Below the pieces are notes generated by a model. The model was not told the origin of the DNA and made no database searches. It saw only the letters and a list, made by a program, of their open reading frames with translations. This document shows, piece after piece, positions 46,555 to 56,159 of a stretch of 64,000 nucleotides of DNA (positions are counted from its first letter, which is position 1; each line of letters opens with the position of its first letter). The stretch comes from Dehalococcoidia bacterium (lineage in GTDB: Bacteria; Chloroflexota; Dehalococcoidia; Lucifugimonadales; CAJWER01), in assembly GCA_965204975.1 (NCBI GenBank), contig OZ242024.1, positions 1,092,197-1,156,196 of the forward strand, in the 5' to 3' direction. A program made the translations under genes and the position numbers.

Positions 46555-47465
46555 TGGCGTCCATAGCGCTCCGGTCGGTGTCGAAATGGTACGGCAACGT
46601 GGTTGCGGTCAACGACGTCTCCATGGAAGTCGAGCCTGGGATCACGGGCCTGCTGGGGCCGAACGGCGCCGGCAAGACGACTGTGCTGCACATGATGGCT
46701 GGGCTGGCCAGCTGCTCCGAGGGTGAGATCGAGGTGCTGGGCCAGCCGACGCGGGACAACCCGGAAATCTACCGCAGGCTCGGCATGATGGCTGAGCGCG
46801 AGGCGGTCTACCCCTTCTACACCGGGCGCAAGTTCGTGGAACTGGCGGCGTCCCTCCACGGCCTGGACGACGCTGCGTCAGCCGTCGACAGGGCCATCGA
46901 CTATGTTGGCTTGTCGGACGTCCAAGGCCGCTCACTCGGGACTTACTCTCGGGGCATGAGGCAGCGCATGAGACTGGCGGCGTCCCTCGTCCACGACCCT
47001 GAGGTGTTGCTGCTGGACGAGCCGCTGAACGGCACCGACCCGCGGCAACGGATCGAGTTCCACGACATGATGAGGCGTCTCGCGTCGGAGGGCAGGACCA
47101 TCCTGATCTCGTCCCACATCCTCGAGGAGGTGGAGACGGTGGCGGACCGGCACCTGCTGATGGTGAGCGGGAAGCTGGCCGCGTCCGGCGACTTCCGGGC
47201 AATTCGCGAGAAGCTGGACGAGCAGCCGTACAAGGTCCGAATACTCTGCGAGGAGCCAAGGTCGATGGCGTCGGCGCTGATGCGCCTGGAGTCCGTGGAG
47301 TCGGTCTCGATGGAGGACGGTGCTGTGCTGGTGCTCAGCCGCAACGTCGCGGCGCTCCAAAGAGCCGTGCCGGTCACGGCCAAGGAGCTGGGGCTGCGAC
47401 TCCTTCGCGTCGAACCCATGGACGAGTCGCTGGAGAGCGTATTCAGCTACGTGGTGGAGGGCTAG
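46554..47465 (+). CDS. ABC transporter ATP-binding protein (ABC-2 subfamily), second copy
   Basis: GTG start overlaps the previous stop by 1 nt. GPNGAGKTT, YSRGMRQR and LLDEPLNGTD. Confidence 0.85.
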   Translation: MASIALRSVSKWYGNVVAVNDVSMEVEPGITGLLGPNGAGKTTVLHMMAGLASCSEGEIEVLGQPTRDNPEIYRRLGMMAEREAVYPFYTGRKFVELAASLHGLDDAASAVDRAIDYVGLSDVQGRSLGTYSRGMRQRMRLAASLVHDPEVLLLDEPLNGTDPRQRIEFHDMMRRLASEGRTILISSHILEEVETVADRHLLMVSGKLAASGDFRAIREKLDEQPYKVRILCEEPRSMASALMRLESVESVSMEDGAVLVLSRNVAALQRAVPVTAKELGLRLLRVEPMDESLESVFSYVVEG

Positions 47466-47466
47466 C

Positions 47467-48201
47467 TTGGGACCGGTGTTCGAGTTGACGATGCGGCAGC
47501 TCACCGGGAAGTGGCGTCTCGCCATCATCATACTCGTGGCCGCCGTGCCCGTCGTCGTGGTCCTTGCGTTCCGTGCCGCGGGCGGCGCGGACGACAGGTC
47601 AGCAGGCGACATTGAGGATGGGATCAGGGTCTTGCTGGACGGCATGATCGTCGCAGCGGTGTTGCCCATCGTCACCATGACGTTCGCCACCGCCAGCTTC
47701 GGGAACGAGATCGAGGACGGCACATTGGGTTATCTGTTGCTCAACCCCATGCGGCGGTGGTCGATCGTTCTGGGGAAGATGCTGGCCCCGGTAACGGTTG
47801 CAGCCCCCGTTCTGATTGTCAGCGGGGTGGCAGTGGCCCTCCTGGGGCTGGACGGCGACTTTCGGACCGCTGCAGCCGTCGCCGTTGGCCTTATGGCGGG
47901 AGTCCTCGGATACAGCGTGGTATTCTCGTGGCTGGGCCTCGCAACGGGCCACCCGCTGGGGTTTGCACTGGTGTACGTCTTCCTCTGGGAGGGCCTGCTA
48001 AGCTCGTTCCTGGGCGGGATACGGTACCTGAGTGTGCGCGCGTATACGCTCACCATAATGGAGGGCATCGACGACGGGGGCCTGGACGCTCTAGGTGAGC
48101 TGACCATAGAGCTGCCGGCGGCAATAGCGGGCGTTGCGGCAGTGTCCGCGGTATTCTTCTGGCTGGCCGTGCGCCGCCTACGCCGCATGGACGTCCCGTA
48201 G
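47467..48201 (+). CDS. ABC-2 type permease-like membrane protein
   Basis: TTG 1 nt after the ATPase stop (alternative ATG at 47491). Six hydrophobic segments. Confidence 0.7.
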   Translation: MGPVFELTMRQLTGKWRLAIIILVAAVPVVVVLAFRAAGGADDRSAGDIEDGIRVLLDGMIVAAVLPIVTMTFATASFGNEIEDGTLGYLLLNPMRRWSIVLGKMLAPVTVAAPVLIVSGVAVALLGLDGDFRTAAAVAVGLMAGVLGYSVVFSWLGLATGHPLGFALVYVFLWEGLLSSFLGGIRYLSVRAYTLTIMEGIDDGGLDALGELTIELPAAIAGVAAVSAVFFWLAVRRLRRMDVP

Positions 48202-48355
48202 ACTGGACACCAATTCGGGTGTTGGGTAGTATTGCGCCCGACGACCCGAGGCGACGCCGTAGGCTTGGACGGCTTCGGGAACGAATCCGCCAGAGCAACC
48301 AGTTTCGTATCTGCGAGCAAGCCATTGGCTTGTGTCAACCTAAAGGAGCAAGGAC

Positions 48356-49327
48356 TTGCAGGCAGCAGAGGTCGAAAGAGGCGAAGCCAACCGGATAGTA
48401 GACAACATCAACAGGGTAATCATCGGCAAGGAGGGGTCGGTCGAGCTGGCCGTCGTCGCCCTCATCTGCCAGGGTCACATCCTGATCGAAGACGTGCCGG
48501 GAGTGGGCAAGACTATGCTGGCTCGCAGCCTGGCAAAGTCCACAGGGTGCGACTACAGCCGGATCCAGTTCACTCCCGACCTTCTGCCCAGCGACATCAC
48601 GGGCGTATCGATCTACAACCAGAAGTCGGGCGACTTCGAGTTCAAGCAGGGGCCCGTACTGGCGCAGGTCGTTCTGGCAGACGAGATAAACAGGGCGACC
48701 CCGAAGACCCAGTCGGCGCTGCTCGAGGCCATGGACGAGCGCCAGGTGACAGTGGAAGGGGTCACCCACTCGCTTCCGAGGCCCTTCATGGTTATGGCGA
48801 CCCAGAACCCCATCGAGTACGAGGGGACCTTTCCCCTGCCCGAGGCCCAGCTGGACAGGTTCTTCCTCAAAGTCGAGCTTGGATATCCGACCATGGAGGA
48901 GGAGCTCGCGATCGTGACCAGCCAGGAGCGGGCGCATCCCATCGATGCGCTCGAGGCGGTCGTGAACGCAGGCGACATCATCAACGTGCAGGAGGCCGTC
49001 AAGGACGTGTACGTCGACGACCTGATCCGGCAGTATGTGGTGTCCATCGTGGAGGCTACCCGCGGCCACGAGGATGTCTCGCTCGGCAGCTCGCCCCGGG
49101 GTTCACTGTCCATGTTCAGGGGCGCACAGGCCCTCGCGATGATCCGGGGCCGTGACTACGTGCTTCCCGACGACGTAAAGGAGCTGGCGGTACCGATGCT
49201 GGCCCACCGGATCATCGCCTCAGCCTCGGCCAGGATGCGCGGTGCAACGGCCGAGAGCATCGTTGCCAAGCTGGTGGAGGACATACCCGTCCCGGGAGCG
49301 CAGGCCAGGGGCTGGCTCCGGGGCTAG
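48356..49327 (+). CDS. MoxR-family AAA+ ATPase
   Basis: TTG start after AAGGAG. Walker A EDVPGVGKT, Walker B VLADEINRA, and ATQNPIEYEGTFPLPEAQLDRF characteristic of MoxR. Confidence 0.9.
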   Translation: MQAAEVERGEANRIVDNINRVIIGKEGSVELAVVALICQGHILIEDVPGVGKTMLARSLAKSTGCDYSRIQFTPDLLPSDITGVSIYNQKSGDFEFKQGPVLAQVVLADEINRATPKTQSALLEAMDERQVTVEGVTHSLPRPFMVMATQNPIEYEGTFPLPEAQLDRFFLKVELGYPTMEEELAIVTSQERAHPIDALEAVVNAGDIINVQEAVKDVYVDDLIRQYVVSIVEATRGHEDVSLGSSPRGSLSMFRGAQALAMIRGRDYVLPDDVKELAVPMLAHRIIASASARMRGATAESIVAKLVEDIPVPGAQARGWLRG

Positions 49328-49367
49328 GCGAAGACCGAAGTATGCGCGGAACGACTAGGAACTGCAC

Positions 49368-50636
49368 ATGAACTGGCGTGGCCTAGGTGTAAGGCCCAAG
49401 GCAAGGTTCTACCTGATAGTAGTGCTGGCCGTCGTAACGACAGTGACCGGCATGGCAACAGGGTTCGGGCTCTTCTACCGGCTGCTCTACCTCCTGATCG
49501 GCACGGCCATCGTCGGATACATGTGGAACTGGCTGTCGATGCGAAACCTTGGGGCAAGCGCGGAGCGCGGCACCAGACAGGCGCTCGTGGGCGACCTTCT
49601 GAAAGAGGACATCACGGTCAGGAACAACAGCCACGTGCCCAAGCACGCGCTGGAGGTCCGGGACCTGACGAACATGCCCGGTCACGCAGGCGGCAACGTG
49701 GTGAGCCTGTACGGCGGAAACACCCAGACGTGGCCCTTGGAGATACGTGCCCGGAAGAGGGGCGCATACTCGGTGGGCCCCGTGGCGATCGCGAACGGCG
49801 ATCCCTTCGGGCTATTCAGGCGCGAGCGCCGGTTCGGCAGGTCAGAGGACGTGATGATATTCCCCAGGACTCACAGCCTGCCGGAGTTCGAGATCCCACC
49901 GGCCGACATCAGCGGCGACAGCTCAGTACGAAGGCGCAGCCACACGGTGACGCCCCACGCCTCGTCGGTCAGGGACTACGCGCCCGGCGACAGCCTGAGC
50001 CGCGTGCACTGGGCCAGCTCGGCCAGGATGGGGAAGCTCATGTCGAAGGAGTTCGACCTGGGCCGGGCTGCGGAGGTGTGGGTGCTGGTCGACCTGGAGA
50101 GGAGCATCCACGCCGGCGAGTTCGAGGAGAGCACGGACGAGTACGCCGTCTCGATCGCGGCCTCCCTGGCCAAGCGCTACGTGGAGGCGAACCTGCCCGT
50201 GGGCCTGCTGGCGTACGGAGACAAGCGCTACTTCCTGGCCGCCGAGACGGGCAGCGGCCAGTACCAGAGGATCATGGAGTACCTGGCCCTGAGCAAGGCC
50301 GAGGGAACCACCCCGCTGGAGGACAACCTGCCCCAGGACGAGCCGCTGTGGACCCACCTCAGCACCGTCATAGTCATCACGTCGTCGCCCCGCATCGAGT
50401 GGACAACGGCGCTGAGAGCCATGATGAGGCGCGGGATCAAGCTGGTCGTTGTGCTGGTGGACGCGGCGTCTTTCGGGGCCGAGTTCGACACGACGGAGGT
50501 CCTGGGCCCGCTTGCCGAGAGCGGGCTGGCAGCCTACGTGGTCCGAAAGGGTGACGACATCTCGACGGCGCTTGGGAGCGGACGTTGGGTCAGGGGCCCC
50601 CAGGCCCAGGAACCCGCCGCAGTGGCAAACGCGTGA
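49368..50636 (+). CDS. DUF58 domain protein (vWA-like, MoxR partner)
   Basis: N-terminal TM pair. VRDYAPGDSLSRVHW motif typical of DUF58. Sits immediately downstream of moxR. Confidence 0.85.
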   Translation: MNWRGLGVRPKARFYLIVVLAVVTTVTGMATGFGLFYRLLYLLIGTAIVGYMWNWLSMRNLGASAERGTRQALVGDLLKEDITVRNNSHVPKHALEVRDLTNMPGHAGGNVVSLYGGNTQTWPLEIRARKRGAYSVGPVAIANGDPFGLFRRERRFGRSEDVMIFPRTHSLPEFEIPPADISGDSSVRRRSHTVTPHASSVRDYAPGDSLSRVHWASSARMGKLMSKEFDLGRAAEVWVLVDLERSIHAGEFEESTDEYAVSIAASLAKRYVEANLPVGLLAYGDKRYFLAAETGSGQYQRIMEYLALSKAEGTTPLEDNLPQDEPLWTHLSTVIVITSSPRIEWTTALRAMMRRGIKLVVVLVDAASFGAEFDTTEVLGPLAESGLAAYVVRKGDDISTALGSGRWVRGPQAQEPAAVANA

Positions 50637-53206
50637 GCACCGCAGACGTAGCCGTAGGGATGCCGGCCTCCGGGAGCCCCTACCCTGAGCAGGGTCCCCT
50701 GCTCAGGTTCGTTCAGCGGTACAGCCCAGCACAGGGCTGGGACACGTTCCTGCTGATCCTGGGCGCGGCTCTGATAACCGGCTTCACGGTAATCGAAGCC
50801 GACTGGGTCGACACGCCGGGTCTCCTGGCGCTGATCTTCCTATCGAGCGCCACGGGCCTGGTGCTTGCCAAGATAAGGCTGCCCTGGCCGGCTCTGCACG
50901 CGGCCGGGCTGGCCCTTGGATTCGTGGTTGTAGTCTGGCAGGCGTCCAGTCTCGCGGACACGCAGGACCTCGGCCGCTTCGCGGAGCTCTGGGACCGTCT
51001 GGGGGACTGGTACGGCGCCGCGACGTCGGGAGGCATCAGCACCGACCTGCTGCCCTTCTCCCTTGCGCTCCTGGCCCTCGGCTGGCTGCTCGGCTATACG
51101 AGCACCTGGTTCCTATTCAGGTCGAACAACCTCTGGATCGGCCTGGTGTTTTGCGGAGTGGCCATCCTGACCAATCTCAGCTTCCTGCCCGAGGGGTTCG
51201 AGACGCGGTTCTTTGCCTTCATCTTCCTGGCCATGCTGCTGGTAATCAGGATGACACACGTGCAGCATCTGGCCTCCTGGAGCGAGGGTGGCTTCAAGTT
51301 CATGGCCACCGGCCGGTGGCTCTCCGTCCAGGTCGGCGTGGCACTTTGCCTGATCGTGGTGCTGGTCACATCGCTCATGCCCCTCAACGTGTACATCTGG
51401 AGGACCGCGGTAGACGTATGGAATGCCGCGCGCTCACCCATCGAGAACATCGAGGGCGAGTTCGCCCGTCTCTTCTCGCCCATAGCATCGCGCAAGGACG
51501 TCGCGGGCCGCTACTTCGGAGACACCCTGGCCTTCAAGGGGCCCATTTCCCTGGGTGGCGACGTGGTCATGCAGGCGAGGTCCGAGTACCCCTCGTACTG
51601 GCTCAATCGCACCTACAGCGAGTACACCCCGCAGGGATGGCTCGCGGGCGACCGCGAAAACACGGCCGTGGGGCCGAACGGCCTGCCCCCTCCGACCCAC
51701 GAGTCCTTCAAGCGGACGGAGGTTCTCCAGACCGTGGTCGTGCAGTTCGACACGAACAACCTCTGGATGGGCGGCAACGTCGAGTGGGTCAGCCGAGACG
51801 CGATTGTCGAGACGCTGAAGCCCAAGAGCTTCACCATAGACATACGGGGCGCCGACGAAGGGGGCCTGCCCGAAGACGTACAAGCCCTCGCCCAGGACCT
51901 GAGGCGGATGCTCAACCCGCTCAGTACGGCATTCGTGGAGGCGGAGATAGCCCAGATGCTTCCCCAGGACCTGTCGCTGGTGAGCGTCTCCCCAGGCATC
52001 GAGGATACGAACAGGACCCGGATCGACACGGTGACGATCACGCGCAAGGAGCCCACCATTCCCGACGTGGTGGGCTGGCGCACCCAGAAGCGGCTCAAGG
52101 AGGGTGAGGCGTATTCGATGACCAGCTTCGTTTCGCTGGCAACGGTCGAAGAACTCCGGGAGGCGCCGGCCGTGTACAGCGGGTACATGAAGGACCACTA
52201 CCTCCAGCTCCCCGAGGACCTTCCGCAGAGGGTCCGGGACCTCGCGGCGGAAGTGACGGCGGATGCCGACAATCCGATGGACAAGGCCCTGGCAGTCCAG
52301 GACTTCATGAGAAGCGACGTTTTCGAGTACACCCAGGACATACAGGCGCCTCCCAGGGGAGCGGACGGAGTCGACCACTTCCTCTTCAACACGAGGGCCG
52401 GGTACAGCGACTACCACGCGTCGGCCATGACCGTGATGATGAGGGCATCCGGGATACCGGCGCGGCTGGCCGCGGGTTACGCGGCCGGCGAAGATATCGA
52501 GGGTACCGACTTCAGGGCCGTGAAAGACGCCGACAGCCATAGCTGGGTGCAGGTCTACTTCCCGGGACATGGCTGGATAGACTTCGAACCCACCCCTGCG
52601 TGGCCCCTACAGCCACGAGGGGCTCCCCTCGTGGAGGAAGAAGTCGCCGCCGCGGCGGAGGAAGAGACGCCCGCCGAGGGCACCGGCAACCCAGCGGTGG
52701 AAGACCCCTGTCTGGGCATCGTGGACGAGGACGAGGCCTTCATGCTCGAGGACGAAGACTGTATCGGGGACATAGACAGGCCGGAGGGCCAGCCGCGCTC
52801 ATCGTCCCTGACGGCTGGGCTCGAGATCAGCCTTCGCGTGGCCGTTGTGGCGGCGGTAGCGGCGGTGCTCGCCCTGTTTGCCTGGGGACTATGGAGGCAC
52901 GGCTTCGCCGGTTCCATACATCCCGAGACGCTCTACAAGAAGATGGGGAGACTCGGCAGGCTTGCCGGGGTCCCGAGACGGCCTTACCAGACCCCGAACG
53001 AGTACGGCAACGCAATTGCCTCGGCGATCCCTTCGGCATCCGACGCGGCCCTGGCGGTGACGGGGGCCTTCTCGGCCCAGCGCTACGGAAACCACGAGCC
53101 CACGGAAGACGACGGACAGGAGCTCGCCAGGCTCTGGAGGTCGCTGCGAGGCGGACTGGCCGGACGGGCCTTCAGACGACTGCTTCCGATGGGAGGGAGC
53201 TCCTAG
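50633..53206 (+). CDS. transglutaminase-domain membrane protein (TgpA-like)
   Basis: GTGA overlap with the DUF58 gene. N-terminal multi-TM region. Transglutaminase core around GYSDYHASAMTVMMRASGIPARL...DSHSWVQVYFPGHGWIDFEPT (the position normally held by the Cys reads S-D-Y, with the usual His/Asp context). Late TM helix and a DUF4129-like tail. Confidence 0.8.
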   Translation: MSTADVAVGMPASGSPYPEQGPLLRFVQRYSPAQGWDTFLLILGAALITGFTVIEADWVDTPGLLALIFLSSATGLVLAKIRLPWPALHAAGLALGFVVVVWQASSLADTQDLGRFAELWDRLGDWYGAATSGGISTDLLPFSLALLALGWLLGYTSTWFLFRSNNLWIGLVFCGVAILTNLSFLPEGFETRFFAFIFLAMLLVIRMTHVQHLASWSEGGFKFMATGRWLSVQVGVALCLIVVLVTSLMPLNVYIWRTAVDVWNAARSPIENIEGEFARLFSPIASRKDVAGRYFGDTLAFKGPISLGGDVVMQARSEYPSYWLNRTYSEYTPQGWLAGDRENTAVGPNGLPPPTHESFKRTEVLQTVVVQFDTNNLWMGGNVEWVSRDAIVETLKPKSFTIDIRGADEGGLPEDVQALAQDLRRMLNPLSTAFVEAEIAQMLPQDLSLVSVSPGIEDTNRTRIDTVTITRKEPTIPDVVGWRTQKRLKEGEAYSMTSFVSLATVEELREAPAVYSGYMKDHYLQLPEDLPQRVRDLAAEVTADADNPMDKALAVQDFMRSDVFEYTQDIQAPPRGADGVDHFLFNTRAGYSDYHASAMTVMMRASGIPARLAAGYAAGEDIEGTDFRAVKDADSHSWVQVYFPGHGWIDFEPTPAWPLQPRGAPLVEEEVAAAAEEETPAEGTGNPAVEDPCLGIVDEDEAFMLEDEDCIGDIDRPEGQPRSSSLTAGLEISLRVAVVAAVAAVLALFAWGLWRHGFAGSIHPETLYKKMGRLGRLAGVPRRPYQTPNEYGNAIASAIPSASDAALAVTGAFSAQRYGNHEPTEDDGQELARLWRSLRGGLAGRAFRRLLPMGGSS

Positions 53207-53208
53207 CG

Positions 53209-53727
53209 GTGCCCTCCCTATTCTTCGACATATTCGAGACGCCGTTCGGCTGGGTGGGAGCAGCCGCGTCGGAGCGAGGTCTGCGCCGGACGACTCTCCC
53301 GCAGGAATCTCCGGACGAGTGCGCCGCTCTCCTCGATGGGTACGCCGAGGGAGCGGACCAGGACCCTGCCCGATTGTCCGGCCTGGCGGACATGCTGTGC
53401 CGCTACCTCGATGGGACAGTCGTGGACTTTGCCAGCCAGCCTCTCGACGTTGCCGACGCCCCGGCGTTCCAGCGGGCCGCCTGGTCGGCCTGCATGACTA
53501 TTCCGTACGGCGAGACGCGGCCCTACAAGTGGCTGGCCGCCCAGGCAGGCAGGCCCAACGCACCCCGCGCCGCCGGGCAGTCCATGGCCCGGAACAGGCT
53601 GCCCCTGGTCGTGCCGTGCCACAGGGTCGTCGCAAGCAACGGCGGGCTGCACGGATTCGGAAGGGGCGCCTCGCAGCTGGACCTCAAGCAACGGCTGCTG
53701 GACCTGGAGGCCGGGCGCCTGCTCTGA
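53209..53727 (+). CDS. ogt: methylated-DNA--protein-cysteine methyltransferase
   Basis: GTG start after GGGAGGGAG. TIPYGETRPY, NRLPLVVPCHRVV active-site motif. Confidence 0.85.
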   Translation: MPSLFFDIFETPFGWVGAAASERGLRRTTLPQESPDECAALLDGYAEGADQDPARLSGLADMLCRYLDGTVVDFASQPLDVADAPAFQRAAWSACMTIPYGETRPYKWLAAQAGRPNAPRAAGQSMARNRLPLVVPCHRVVASNGGLHGFGRGASQLDLKQRLLDLEAGRLL

Positions 53728-53853
53728 CCCTGGGCTTGAGCGGGCCGAGGAGCCTGCCGGTCGAGTCGAGCTGGGACGACACTCACACGCCACGCAAGCA
53801 GGATATCACCTGTCACTCCGTCCCCCCAGAGAGAAACGCGACGAGGGCGACAC

Positions 53854-53882
53854 TTGGCACGCATCTACTCCGGCCCTATAAT
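53854..53882 (+). promoter_or_regulatory. sigma-70-like promoter TTGGCA-17 nt-TATAAT
   Basis: Perfect -10 and 5/6 -35 at optimal spacing, 40 nt upstream of the plsY ATG. Confidence 0.55.
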
Positions 53883-53922
53883 CGGGGGCGCACCACGAGG
53901 ATCGTAGCTCCGTCGGAAGCAC

Positions 53923-54525
53923 ATGGAAGTCTACGCGAGAGAGATAGCGCTGATTGCGGCGGCATACGCCCTCGGTTGTCTGTCGACCGGGTACTACCTG
54001 GTGCGAATCCGCAGCGGGATAGACGTTCGCCAGACGGGGAGCGGCAACGTCGGCGCGCGCAACGTGGGCAGGATTCTGGGCAAGAAGGCCCTTGCCATCA
54101 CCCTCCTGGGAGACACCGCAAAGGGCGCAATCCCGGTTTCCGCAGCGCTCATGCTGGACATGGAGCCGTGGGCGGTCATGGCCGTCTTCATCGCCGTTGT
54201 GGCGGGCCACCTTTGGCCCGCGCAGCTTGGATTCAAGGGCGGCAAGGGGCTGGCGACAACGATGGGGGCCATGCTCTTCCTGGACTACAGGGTGCTGCTC
54301 GCGGCGTTCGCCGTGGCCGGATTAGGGTGGCTGGTCTCTCGCAATGCGACGGGAAGTGGGCTGGCCGCCGTCGTACTCTCCCCCGTTGCCGCACTTGTGG
54401 CAGGACACGACCCGGTAACGGCAGGTACGCTCGCTATCCTGGCGGCAGTGATCTTGTTCGCGCATAGGTCGAACCTGCGGGCGATGTTCCAAGGCGCCAG
54501 AACACCGGCCGGCGAGGAAGCATGA
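53923..54525 (+). CDS. plsY: glycerol-3-phosphate acyltransferase PlsY (acyl-phosphate dependent)
   Basis: GSGNVGARNVGR motif, 200 aa, multi-TM PlsY layout. Confidence 0.9.
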   Translation: MEVYAREIALIAAAYALGCLSTGYYLVRIRSGIDVRQTGSGNVGARNVGRILGKKALAITLLGDTAKGAIPVSAALMLDMEPWAVMAVFIAVVAGHLWPAQLGFKGGKGLATTMGAMLFLDYRVLLAAFAVAGLGWLVSRNATGSGLAAVVLSPVAALVAGHDPVTAGTLAILAAVILFAHRSNLRAMFQGARTPAGEEA

Positions 54526-56153
54526 TCAGCCAGGCAGTGGCGGAGAGGGCAACCCAGAGTGAGTCCGGCCTCACTTTCAAGATTGCCACCGAGGAGTGGG
54601 AGCTGGAGCAGGTCTTCGAGCTAAACTACGCCACCTTCGTGGAGGAGGTGCCGCAGCACGACCGCAACTCCTCGAGGCGGCTGGTCGACCGGTTCCACGA
54701 CGAGAACACGTACTTCATCTGCCTCAAGGGTAACGAGCTGGCCGGAATGGTGGCGCTCCGCGACCGGCGCCCCTTCTCCCTCGACGAGAAGCTGGGCAGC
54801 ATCGACGAGTACCTGCCGCCCGGCAGCTCGATATGCGAGATCAGGCTCCTGTCCGTCGACAAGGAGCGGCGCAATGGGCGGGTAATCCAGGGCCTGCTGT
54901 CGCTGCTAGCGAGACACTGCATCAAGGGCGGCTATGACATCGCCGTTATCTCGGGCAACGTGTCCCAACAGAAGCTGTACCGCGGCCTAGGCTTCGTGCC
55001 GTTCGGACCGGTGGTGGGCACGCCCGAAGCTGCATTCCAGCCGATGTACCGCAGGCTCGAGACACTGGAGCAGGACTTCACGGGCCGCTTCCATCCATCC
55101 CTGGACCGCAACGGCGGCAGGAAGGTCAACCTGATGCCGGGCCCGGTCGCCATAGGGCCGGATGTGAGTAAGGCCTTCGCAAAGACCCCTGTCTCGCACC
55201 GCTCTCCGGAGTTCATGACCGACATGACGCGCACGAAGAGCCGTCTGAGCGACCTGACTGGCGCGAGGTCGGTCGAGATACTTCTAGGCTCCGGCACGAT
55301 GGCCAACGACGCCATAGCCGCCCAGCTCTCGCTCGAGGAAGGGCGCGGGCTGGTCCTGAGCAACGGCGAGTTTGGGGACAGGCTGCTGGACCACGCCGCC
55401 AGGATGGGCCTCGACTTCGACAGCCTCGAGCAGGACTGGGGTCGCCCATTCGACACCGCCGTCCTCGCATCGAGCCTGGGCGGCAGCACCTATTCCTGGT
55501 TGTGGGCAGTCCACTGCGAGACATCGACCGGCGTGCTCAACGACATCGGCCTGATCCGGGAGACCTGCGCCACAGCGGGCGCCCGGCTTGTCCTGGACTG
55601 CATCAGCTCCATCGGCACCCTGCCCGTCGATCTCTCCGGCGTCTTCCTCGCGTCGGGGGTCAGCGGCAAGGGCCTGGGCTCGTACCCAGGCCTGTCGATG
55701 GTGTTCTACAACCACGAGCTCGAGCCCAGGCCGGACCGGCTTCCGCGCTACCTGGACATGGGGCTTCACGCGTCGAAGGGAGGCGTCCCCTTCACGATGT
55801 CATCCAACCTGGTGTACGCGCTCGACGCCGCGCTCGACCGCTTCGACGCTGCCAATGTCTTTGAAGACATCTCGGAGACATCGACCTGGCTCAGGCAACG
55901 GCTGCGCGACCTGGGTTTCAGGATAGTCGCAGCCGACGCATGCGCGGCGCCCGCCGTGATCACTCTTGCCCTGCCGCCCAACATGAGCTCGACGGACCTG
56001 GGCGACAGCCTCGAACAGGCAGGGTTCTCCCTCAGCTACAACAGCGAGTACCTGCGAGCGCGCAACTGGATCCAGATATGCCTCATGGGCGAGTTCTCGA
56101 GGCACGACGTGGAGCCGCTGCTGGACGCGATGGCCCACATCCACCTCGCGTAG
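54522..56153 (+). CDS. fusion protein: N-terminal GNAT-fold (N-acyl amino acid synthase-like) domain + class-V aminotransferase domain
   Basis: ATGA overlap with plsY. aa 1-185 look GNAT-like (IRLLSVDKERRNGRV...YRGLGFVPFG). aa ~190-543 look AGXT/PhnW/SPT-like, with the PLP-lysine context SGVSGKGLGSYPGLS. Confidence 0.8.
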   Translation: MISQAVAERATQSESGLTFKIATEEWELEQVFELNYATFVEEVPQHDRNSSRRLVDRFHDENTYFICLKGNELAGMVALRDRRPFSLDEKLGSIDEYLPPGSSICEIRLLSVDKERRNGRVIQGLLSLLARHCIKGGYDIAVISGNVSQQKLYRGLGFVPFGPVVGTPEAAFQPMYRRLETLEQDFTGRFHPSLDRNGGRKVNLMPGPVAIGPDVSKAFAKTPVSHRSPEFMTDMTRTKSRLSDLTGARSVEILLGSGTMANDAIAAQLSLEEGRGLVLSNGEFGDRLLDHAARMGLDFDSLEQDWGRPFDTAVLASSLGGSTYSWLWAVHCETSTGVLNDIGLIRETCATAGARLVLDCISSIGTLPVDLSGVFLASGVSGKGLGSYPGLSMVFYNHELEPRPDRLPRYLDMGLHASKGGVPFTMSSNLVYALDAALDRFDAANVFEDISETSTWLRQRLRDLGFRIVAADACAAPAVITLALPPNMSSTDLGDSLEQAGFSLSYNSEYLRARNWIQICLMGEFSRHDVEPLLDAMAHIHLA

Positions 56154-56159
56154 CCCCGC

